NCBI GenBank assembly: GCA_963766735.1
Contig: CAVYBU010000024.1
Location: 1-34,390 of the forward strand
From: an uncultured Chloroflexia bacterium
GTDB taxonomy: Bacteria > Chloroflexota > Limnocylindria > Limnocylindrales > CSP1-4
DNA length: 34,390 nt
Direction: 5' to 3'
The translations under genes were made by a program, and so were the position numbers. Positions 26,666-34,390 of the stretch are shown here, piece after piece (the first letter of the stretch is position 1; the number at the start of each line of letters is the position of its first letter). The notes under the pieces were generated by a model. The model did no database searches. It was not told the origin of the DNA and worked only from the letters and a program-made list of their open reading frames with translations.

Positions 26666-28183
26666 TCAGGTCGGTCGTCGCGCGAACCAGCTCGTGCGGT
26701 CGCCCGCCCGCGAACGCGACTCCGGCTCCAGATCCGGACGCGTGGGAGTACGTGCGGAGGTCCGCTGGTCGTGGTCGTCCTCGTGCACGTCGGGCGCCCA
26801 CGGGACGCCGAGCGGGAACAGCTCCGCGAACATCTCCACGAGCTCGGGATCGAACTGGACGCCGGCCTGGCGGCGCAGCTCCGCGATCGCCTCGTCGTGG
26901 GTGATGGCGACACGGTATGGACGCCCGCCGATCATCGCCTCGTAGGCGTCCACGATGGACACGATCCGGGCTCCGACCGGGATCTCCGTGCCGGCCAGCC
27001 CGTGCGGGTAGCCGCGCCCGTCGAACCACTCGTGGTGGTGGAGCACGATCGTGGCAGCGTCACGCAGGGCGCCCGCCTGCTCCAGCACCACCTGGCCGAT
27101 CTTGGGATGCTCGGTGACGACCCGCCACTCGGACGCGGCGAGGTCACCGGGCTTGGCCAGGATCTCGTCCGGGATCGCCAGCTTGCCGAGGTCATGGAGC
27201 AGGCTTGCGGTCCGGATGCGGTCGAGCTCGCCTTCGGGCAGGTCGATCGAGCGGGCGAGCGCCACGGAGGCCTCCGCGATCAGGACGGAAGGCCTGCCTG
27301 CCCAGGACGCCCGGCCGACGAGCGTCCGGAGGAGCGCGTCCTGGGCCGCCGCCATGGCCGCGCGGCCCACGTCCACGGCCTGCGAGCGGGCCTCCGCGCC
27401 GATCGGAGAACGTCGGACGGTGTCCTCGTCGCCGGTCTCCCGGAACACGAACACCTGGTTTCGCCCGAGCGCCTTGGCGGAGTAGAGCGCGGCGTCCGCA
27501 TCGCGGACCAGGGCGTCCGCCTCGAGGACACTGCCCAGCCCGCCGGCCACGCCGGCGGACAGCGTGATCGTCGCGACCTCGCCATCCGGCAGGCGGATCT
27601 CGCTGCCCGCGACGATCCGGCGCAGCTTCTCGGCCAGCGACGCGGCCGCGTCGACATCCGTCTCCGGCAACACGACCAGGAACTCCTCGCCGCCGTACCG
27701 GCCGGCATGGTCCACGGCCCGGACGTTGACGCTCAGGAGCTGGGCCACGTGCCGCAGGACGACATCGCCCGCGGCATGGCCGTGCGTGTCGTTCAGCCGC
27801 TTGAATTGGTCGAGGTCCACGAGGATCACTGACAGAGGGCGGTAGTAGCGCGTCGCACGGGCGATCTCGTCGTCCACGCGGCTCAGCACTGCCTGGCGGT
27901 TGGGGATGCCGGTGAGCTGATCCACCGTGGCCAGCCGCCAGGTGTCGGCGACCCGGTCCGCGAGGCCACGGAAGGCGGCGCGCAGGCGCGGGTCCCTGAT
28001 CCGTCCTGCGTCGAGCGCGACCAGGGCGCCCTCGTCCGCGGCATCCGTGAGACGCTCTGCGAGCGTGGCGAGCCGGCGGTCCTGGCGGCGCACGACGAAC
28101 GCGGAGAAGCCCGCTGTCCCGGCGAGCGCGCCGATCAGCGCGATCGCGACGGCAAGGGCCAGCGCGACGGTCTGGGCATCCAA
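26666..28183 (-). CDS. Membrane-anchored diguanylate cyclase with HD-GYP domain
   Basis: N-terminal TM, DQLTG, DLDQFKRLND, RAVD I-site, RYGGEEF, LHDLGK, HHEWFDGRGYP. The true C-terminus may shift frame and end at 26613. Confidence 0.92.
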   Translation of the reverse strand: MDAQTVALALAVAIALIGALAGTAGFSAFVVRRQDRRLATLAERLTDAADEGALVALDAGRIRDPRLRAAFRGLADRVADTWRLATVDQLTGIPNRQAVLSRVDDEIARATRYYRPLSVILVDLDQFKRLNDTHGHAAGDVVLRHVAQLLSVNVRAVDHAGRYGGEEFLVVLPETDVDAAASLAEKLRRIVAGSEIRLPDGEVATITLSAGVAGGLGSVLEADALVRDADAALYSAKALGRNQVFVFRETGDEDTVRRSPIGAEARSQAVDVGRAAMAAAQDALLRTLVGRASWAGRPSVLIAEASVALARSIDLPEGELDRIRTASLLHDLGKLAIPDEILAKPGDLAASEWRVVTEHPKIGQVVLEQAGALRDAATIVLHHHEWFDGRGYPHGLAGTEIPVGARIVSIVDAYEAMIGGRPYRVAITHDEAIAELRRQAGVQFDPELVEMFAELFPLGVPWAPDVHEDDHDQRTSARTPTRPDLEPESRSRAGDRTSWFARRPT

Positions 28184-28379
28184 AGGGCTGTCACCGCCTG
28201 TTGTTCGGGGCGCGGCACGGACCAGGTGGCCGAATGCGCTCTCTGGAGGCTACGCTGCGGGACGGGGACAACCATGGGGTGATGGTCCCGGTGGCGGACG
28301 CACCGCACACCCGCCCACCAGGTCGTGGCCCGTAAGTACCACGGCAACCCGCCAATGCGGGAGCGCGCGATCCGTCCGG

Positions 28380-29223
28380 TCAGATGGCCTCCCGTCCGTC
28401 CCGGTTCACCCGGCCGCGCGCGAGGTCTCGTCCGCCGTCGTCACGCAGCCGCCACGCCCACCCGTCGTCGGCCCCGGCACCCTCCGGCCACGCGGTGCCC
28501 GTCAGCGCAGCACCGGGCGCCGCGGCCGCCACGTACTCGAGCCTGACCCGGCGCGGAACCGCGGCGAGAATCCGGCGGCCGGGCTCGCCCGCGGCATGCA
28601 GCGCCTCCTCGAGGTAGTCCACGTAGGCGGCGTTGTTGACGTGGCCCATCGGGTCGATGTCCTGCGGACGGACCGTGGACCGGTGGGCGGACGCATCGGG
28701 AGGCGCCGGAACCAGGGAGACGCGGCTCGGTTCGAACGTGCCGGGTTGGACGGCAAACCGGGCCGCGAACTCGGGTGGCACGCGTCCGGGCATGCCCCGG
28801 TGGTCCGTCATCACCCAGTCCGTGTGGCCCCAGAACGCCAGGGTGCCGTCGCCCAGGCGCGCCTCGGTGCGGCGCCGCGCCCACACGCGGCGGATCCCCG
28901 TGACCGCGGTGGAGATCGCCAGGGTCGTGCCCAGGGGGATGGTCGCGAGGATCACCAGGTCCGCCGCACGCACCACCCAGGCGAGTCCGCGCCCCGCATA
29001 CCAGGCACGGTCAAAGCCCAGCCGCTCGGAGTGGACCCAGGCGATGTCCTGCGCGTAGCGGAGCAGGGCGGAGGTTCGCACGATGCCGTCGGGGCCGCAC
29101 TCGTCGAACCGGGTCCGATAGCGGATCGTCAGGCCTGCGACGGGGGCCGGCGCGGCGTCGGAGGGCGCGGCCTGCTTGCTCTCGGGATCCTTGATCCTCG
29201 CGCTCGGCGGGATCGCCGCTCAT
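28380..29223 (-). CDS. Acyl-ACP thioesterase (double hot-dog), apparent frameshift near the 5' end
   Basis: YRTRFDECGPDG, LLRYAQDIA, DIDPMGHVNNAAY. The ATG at 29223 overlaps the upstream TGA (ATGA) but is one base out of frame with the domain. Confidence 0.85.
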
Positions 29224-29906
29224 GCCGGCTTGCGTCCAGCCAACCGGTCCAGCCCCTCCAGGGCGATCAGCTTCAGGCTGTCGACGGCGACCGGGCCGCG
29301 CTCCCGGACCAGCCGTACCTCGCACGAGCGTCGGGCATCGAAGACGACCAGCCCGGCCAGCAGCCGCACGCCCTCGTCGGCAGCGCCCCGGCGCGCGTCG
29401 TCGAGCTGGTGCAGGACATCCGCCTTGATTCCGCGCGCGCCCCACTTGCAGTCCCACACCTCGCCGGCGCCATCCCGCTCCACCGTGACGTCGTAGGGGT
29501 GGATCTCCGCCGGTCGCCCGTCGAACAGGATGCGGCGCTCACGCCGGACCGGGCCGGTCCGGGCGGCGAGCAGGAGCTCGGTGAGCGCCTCCACGATGGC
29601 TCCGCGGAACTGGCTGCGCGTCTGGTCCCCGCGGTCCGCCACGGCCAGCGACACGGCCAGGATCGCATCGGAGCGATCCCTGGCAGGATCTCCGGGGAGC
29701 GGGGCGGCCGGACCGAAGAGGGTCGGAAACATCGTCCGCCACGAGACCGGATCCAGGGACTCGCCGTTCATCACGGCCCGCGCCAGGAGACGCTGGACAG
29801 TCGTGGCTTCGGCCAGCAACCCGGCCGCTCGCACCACGAGCGGGTCCGCCTGGATGTGCGCGTAGACGACTGCCCTCCCGTCTGGCCGGGCCTCCATGTA
29901 CCGCAT
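29220..29906 (-). CDS. Hypothetical protein with PD-(D/E)xK nuclease-like motifs
   Basis: RGAIVE...HPYDVTV...EVWDCK...DVLHQL; ATG at 29906 overlaps the upstream TGA. Confidence 0.7.
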   Translation of the reverse strand: MRYMEARPDGRAVVYAHIQADPLVVRAAGLLAEATTVQRLLARAVMNGESLDPVSWRTMFPTLFGPAAPLPGDPARDRSDAILAVSLAVADRGDQTRSQFRGAIVEALTELLLAARTGPVRRERRILFDGRPAEIHPYDVTVERDGAGEVWDCKWGARGIKADVLHQLDDARRGAADEGVRLLAGLVVFDARRSCEVRLVRERGPVAVDSLKLIALEGLDRLAGRKPA

Positions 29907-30205
29907 CAGGAGGGTTCTCCCAGGGCAGCGAGAGCCACCTGCGGAAGCGTGGACAACCAGTCGATGGCGCGGTGCGGATCCGTGACGCGACCGGCCTCGT
30001 CGACCAGCGCGGTCAGGGCCTCGTCGGTGCCCGGCGGCGCAGGCTCGCTGCCGCGCGCATCGGCGACGGCGCGCAGGCGGGCACGCCAGACCGTGCCCAA
30101 GTCGGTGACGTACTGGTACTCGTCCTCGATGGGCTCCGCGGTCGCACACAGGACGGTGAACCCGGCGAGGGCGCGGTCGATGAGATCGGCGACTGTTGCA
30201 GGCAT
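29906..30205 (-). CDS. Hypothetical alpha-helical protein (99 aa), probably leaderless
   Basis: MPATVADLIDRAL...DPHRAIDWLSTLPQ; TACGCT -10 (30213-30218) 7 nt before the ATG; coupled to the next gene. Confidence 0.7.
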   Translation of the reverse strand: MPATVADLIDRALAGFTVLCATAEPIEDEYQYVTDLGTVWRARLRAVADARGSEPAPPGTDEALTALVDEAGRVTDPHRAIDWLSTLPQVALAALGEPS

Positions 30206-30275
30206 GCCCCGCAGCGTACGACGCGCAGCCGGATCGCGGAGCGCCCCGTGGGACCAACTGCCCGGCGGACGAGGA

Positions 30276-30536
30276 TCAGGCTGGGTCGCCGCTCCGCGAG
30301 AGGACCGTCGTCGCGGCCGCGCGCGGGCTGGCCGCCAGGCGCTGCTTCGCTTCCTGCTCCAGGCGCCCCAGCTTGCGACGGCCGTGCTCATCCCAGCGCG
30401 TCGAGTAGACCCGCAGGGCCTTGCGCCGGATCTCGTATGCGGCCTGCCGCTCGCCGGCGCGCTCGAGGCGTGCGACGCCGTCCAGTACGGCCCGGTAGAG
30501 CCCGGGGAGAACCTCGGCAGGGTTCTGATCATCCAT
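30276..30536 (-). CDS. Hypothetical helical protein (86 aa)
   Basis: MDDQNPAEVLPGLYRAVLDGVARLE...YSTRWD; amphipathic, with high-GC codon usage. Confidence 0.65.
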   Translation of the reverse strand: MDDQNPAEVLPGLYRAVLDGVARLERAGERQAAYEIRRKALRVYSTRWDEHGRRKLGRLEQEAKQRLAASPRAAATTVLSRSGDPA

Positions 30537-30693
30537 CCAGAAGATGGTGGCCGCGGCGGGGACCGACGGGTATGGGTGGGATGTCCCGGGCGGACCCGCC
30601 GGGAGTCCGGGGTGCGTTGCCCGAGCGCACCGCGGTGCCATCCGCGGGCCTAGGATCCAGGTCTCGCGACCTGCGGGCGCTCCGCGGCATCGC

Positions 30694-31020
30694 TCAGTCG
30701 CCCCGGTGAGCCCCGCTCTCGATCCGGAAGCCACGACCGATCCCCCTGGCGGGCTCCCAGCGAACGATCACCCGGTCCACGTATCCTGCCGGAGGCCCGG
30801 CCTCCAGCCGCGCGACCAGCGCATCAAGGTCCGTGCGTCGTCCCTCGGCCACAACCCGGACGCTGCCGTCCGCCTCGTTGGCCACGAACCCGTCGAGCCC
30901 GAGCGCGCCCGCCTCCCGAAGGGCGAACACCCGATACCCGACGCCCTGGACTCGCCCGCGGACGCTCGCATCCAGGCGGGAGCGCCCGCCGGCGCCATCG
31001 GGCGCGCCAGAGCCGGTCAT
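30694..31020 (-). CDS. acyP: Acylphosphatase
   Basis: VRGRVQGVGYR, GFVANEADGSVRVVAEG, GPP. Confidence 0.95.
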   Translation of the reverse strand: MTGSGAPDGAGGRSRLDASVRGRVQGVGYRVFALREAGALGLDGFVANEADGSVRVVAEGRRTDLDALVARLEAGPPAGYVDRVIVRWEPARGIGRGFRIESGAHRGD

Positions 31021-32240
31021 GCCGCGTGGTGCCGGCGCGGCCAGCGAACCAGGAGCACGTCGAGGACCAGCTCCGGGCTGACGTTGCCCGCGACCAGCTC
31101 ATCCGCCCGCACCAGGCGGGCGAGCATCGCCGCGGCCGCGTCCGGCGGCAGGTCCTGCGCCGCGGCCTCGATCTCCTCGATCAGCGCGATGTCCCGGATC
31201 GAGCCGGGCGCGCCGCGCTGCGCGAGCGCGAGGTCGTGTGCGATGGCGCGCCAGACATCCAGGAGCAGCAGGAGCGCCCTGCGGCGGGCGGCTGCCGGCG
31301 TCTTCCTGACAGGACCCTCGTCGGCGAGCTCCTCCGGCACGTCGTCGGCACCGTCACCACTGCCAGCGGCCGTGCCCTGTGCGGGCACGGCTGGCGCCAT
31401 GCCGGGGACGCCGCGTCTCCGGGCTTCCTCGGGCGGCACCACGGCCGGCACCACGGCCGGCACGAGCAGCGCGTCGAGCTCCATCGCGCGGGCGATCAGC
31501 GGCCTTGCAGCAGCCAGGCGGCGGGACGGACCCTGCGCCAGCAGGTCAAGGAGCGTGCGAGTCAGCTCCCCACGGATGACCTCGGCACCATCCGCGGCGG
31601 CATACGCGACGGCCAGGCCCGGGCGGCCGCCGGTGAGGCGGGCGAGTCGGGCAGCGGTCGGGGCATCGGCCAGGCCCCGCTCCACCAGCAATCGCTCGAT
31701 CTCCCGTACCCCGAGGACCCCGAGGCGGATCCGGGCACACCGGGACCGGATCGTCGGGAGCAGCAGCTCCTCGTCGTCGGCACAGAGGATCACCGTCGTC
31801 CCGCTCAGTGGCTCCTCGAGCGTCTTGAGCAGGGCGGACTGGGCATCCTCGTTCGCACGGTGGGCATCACGGATGATCGCCACCCGCCCGCCGCCTTCCA
31901 CGGGCAGCAACGAGAGCTCGGTCACGAGGTCCCGGACGCCACGCTGCTTCGCGCCGGGTCCGCCGATGACGACCTGGGCGCCGATCCCCTCGGGTCCCAG
32001 CCGGTGGAGGTCGGGGTGGTTGCCGTGCTCGACCATCCGGCACGTGCGGCACGTACGGCACGGTCGGCCTGCACCGGTCGCGCCTGTGCACAGCAAGCCG
32101 GCTGCCAGGTCCAGGGCGAGGGACACCTTGCCCACGGACGCAGGTCCGCTGATGAGAAGCGCGTGTGGGACGCGCGAGGCCAGCATCGCGTGGACGGCCG
32201 TCACCGCGGCCGGGTGGCCGACGGTCAGGAAGCCGTCCAC
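31017..32240 (-). CDS. holB: DNA polymerase III subunit delta'
   Basis: HALLISGPASVGK, zinc site C...CRTCRTC, HPD, AQSALLKTLEEP, LPTIRSRC. Confidence 0.92.
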   Translation of the reverse strand: MDGFLTVGHPAAVTAVHAMLASRVPHALLISGPASVGKVSLALDLAAGLLCTGATGAGRPCRTCRTCRMVEHGNHPDLHRLGPEGIGAQVVIGGPGAKQRGVRDLVTELSLLPVEGGGRVAIIRDAHRANEDAQSALLKTLEEPLSGTTVILCADDEELLLPTIRSRCARIRLGVLGVREIERLLVERGLADAPTAARLARLTGGRPGLAVAYAAADGAEVIRGELTRTLLDLLAQGPSRRLAAARPLIARAMELDALLVPAVVPAVVPPEEARRRGVPGMAPAVPAQGTAAGSGDGADDVPEELADEGPVRKTPAAARRRALLLLLDVWRAIAHDLALAQRGAPGSIRDIALIEEIEAAAQDLPPDAAAAMLARLVRADELVAGNVSPELVLDVLLVRWPRRHHAA

Positions 32241-32266
32241 GTCGCTGGCGCTGGTTCTGCCCGGAC

Positions 32267-34390
32267 TCAGTCCTCGGCGGGCTGAGCGGCCGGCTTCCTG
32301 GTCGTCCGGCGCTTGGGGGCCGCGGTCCCGGCGGCAGGAGCCGTCTGGGCCGGAGCCTCAACTGCCGTGGCCGGAGCCTCGGCTGCCGCGGCCGGCTTGC
32401 GCGTGGTCCGGCGCTTGGGGGCCGGCTTGGCGACCGGCTCGGCCGGGGCCTCGGCGACCGGGGCCGGAGCCTCGGCTGCCGCGGCCGGCTTCCTGGTCGT
32501 CCGGCGCTTGGGGGCCGCGGTCCCGGCGGCAGGAGCCGTCTGGGCCGGAGCCTCAACTGCCGTGGCCGGAGCCTCGGCTGCCGCGGCCGGCTTGCGCGTG
32601 GTCCGGCGCTTGGGGGCCGGCTTGGCGACCGGCTCGGCCGGGGCCTCGGCGACCGGGGCCGGAGCCTCGGCTGCCGCGGCCGGCTTCCTGGTCGTCCGGC
32701 GCTTGGGGGCCGCGGTCCCGGCGGCAGGAGCCGTCTGGGCTGGAGCCTCAACTGGCCGGGCACGCTGCAGCTGCGCGCGAAGCATCTCTTCGAGCTCCGG
32801 CGGAACCTCGCTCCACTCCGCGCCGCCCGTGCGCGGCGCACGATCGATGCGATCCTGGCGCTCCGGCCGCGGGCCGCGCGGGGACTGCTGCCCACCGCGA
32901 CCGCCCCGGCTGCCCTGGCTGCCCTGGCTGCCGCCTCCACCCTGACCGCCACTGCGACCGGGGGCAGGTTCGGCGAAGCGGTTCGTGCCGCCGCCGCGAC
33001 CGCCACCGTAGCGCTCGCGCTCGATGGCCGACGTGTAGGCGCTGCGGCCACCACCACCGCGACCGCTGCGGCCACCACCGCCGCCCCGGCCACCCTGGCC
33101 GCGGCGCTGCTCGGTGAGCAGGTACTCCGGGATCGCCGGCTCCTCGAAGTCTTCCTCATCGTCGGGGAGCGGCGCCAGTTTGGCGGCCGGCAGTGCGACC
33201 GGGGTCCCGGGCTGGCGGTCCCACACGGAACCGAACGGCGTGGACCGCGGGGAACGCGGCGGGGCCGAGAGTGCCTCCAGGTCGTCGAACGGTGTCGGCA
33301 GGTCGCCGGACGGGGTTCGGGACCGACCGCCACGTGCCGGCCGCTCCGGGGGCGCGGTGGCCGCGACGGCCTCGCCCTGCTCGACGTCATCGGCCTCTTC
33401 GACCTGGGCGTCCGCGACGCCCTCGATCTCCTGGCCTTCGACATCCGCGACCGCGTCGACACCGCCGGCCTCGACCGGCTCACCGCCCTCGACCGGCTGG
33501 TCGTCGCGACGGCCCCGGCCACGGCCACGGCCACCACGGCGACGGCGGCGGCGGCGGCCATCGCCCTCACCCTCGCCTTCGCCCTGGAGATCCTCGCCCG
33601 GGACGACCTCACCCGCGGCAATCTCGAGACCTTCCTCGAGCTCCGGAGCGTCCTCGACGGGCGCAGCGGCGGCCCGGGACAGCTTCTCGCCGGGCAAGGC
33701 CACGAGCCCGACGGTCGAGATGCCGATCGGGGCGACAACCGCCTCGCGACCCGGCTCACGACCGGCTCGCGACCGGAATCACGACCGCGGTCCCGCCCTG
33801 AGGACGAGCGCCCGCCGCGCGAGCCGCTGGCATAGCCGCCCTCTCGATCGGACCGGTCGCGACCGCGACCGCGACCGCGACCGCGACCCGAGCCTTCCGA
33901 CAGCTTGTCCGGGACCTCGGTCATCGACAGGTCCTCGTCGTCGCCTGCGACGCGGCGCCCGGAGACCGTGGATCCCCTGTCAACCTTGGCGATGTGGATG
34001 ATGTCGGTGAACAGGTCCGCGACCTCGATCAGGTCGGAGGACGTGTTGCCGCGGAAGCTGACCACCTCGACGCGGACGCCCATCTCCTGGACGGCGCGGA
34101 TGGCTGACGCGAAGTCCCCGTCGCCCGACACGATGACGGCGACGTCCAGGTTGCGCGCGGTCTTCATCAGGTCCACGACGAGCTCGATGTCGAGGTTCGC
34201 CTTGACCTTGCCGTCGCCGTACTTCCGGATGTCCTTGCTGACGACCTTGTACTGGTGCCGCGCGAGGAACTGGTGGAAGTTGCGCTGGTTCTCATTGTCC
34301 GGGTCCAGCCCGGTGTAGGCATACGCGCGGACGAAGTCTCGTCCGGCGGTGACCGACTTCAGCAGGGTGACATAGTCGATATCCACGCCG
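32267..34390 (-). CDS. NYN (LabA/DUF88, PIN-like) domain protein with long disordered C-terminal tail; 5' end outside the window; frameshift near 33762
   Basis: RAYAY, KANLDIELVVD, SGDGDF, EMGVRVEV, SSDLIEVAD. Restoring one G in the REPG-REPG repeat (gagccggtcgt vs gagccgggtcgc) joins the 478-aa ORF 32267-33703. Confidence 0.87.
32286..32754. repeat. 195-bp near-perfect tandem repeat (about 2.4 copies) encoding five APKRRTTRKPAA motifs
   Basis: ggagcctcaac starts at 32352, 32547 and 32742 (period 195 bp = 65 aa). Confidence 0.93.

Noticed and set aside
32286-32754. Possible CRISPR array
   Set aside because: Contiguous in-frame coding repeats with no unique spacers and no cas genes.
27927-33117. 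Very long plus-strand ORFs (908 aa, 857 aa) and similar antisense ORFs elsewhere
   Set aside because: Shadow ORFs typical of high-GC DNA, opposite well-supported genes and without recognisable motifs.
31867-33760. 839-aa NYN ORF running into holB with Arg/Pro-rich repeats
   Set aside because: Off-frame translation after the missing G near 33762; the sensible frame is 32267-33703.

Overview
High-GC bacterial DNA (about 70% GC by eye). Gene style suggests Chloroflexota, but that is inference. The left part (about 1-6,900) looks accessory: a hemerythrin, an ECF sigma/anti-sigma pair, a lipoprotein hydrolase, two LuxR-HTH remnants, a dispersed 35-bp repeat and an orphan with an LQxxxGN/QR leader. 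The middle (6,900-26,550) holds a PadR/Cys-His protein/hemerythrin cluster, panB followed by an uncharacterised 429-aa enzyme-like gene, DUF4405/DUF2202-like genes and a decayed ECF sigma gene. It also holds two paralogous TetR + F420-oxidoreductase modules with clear operators, a fused GlcD-GlcE with GlcF, and a MarR/GbsR regulator followed by two ABC exporter pairs. The right part (26,600-34,390, all minus strand) looks like core genome: GGDEF/HD-GYP protein, acyl-ACP thioesterase, a PD-(D/E)xK-like protein, two small hypotheticals, acyP, holB and a NYN nuclease with a very long RNase E-like disordered tail. About ten single-base frameshifts are probably sequencing errors. No rRNA, tRNA, CRISPR array or transposase was seen. 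The best novelty candidates are the NYN nuclease/scaffold and the gene after panB. All family calls come from motif recognition by eye, with no database search.
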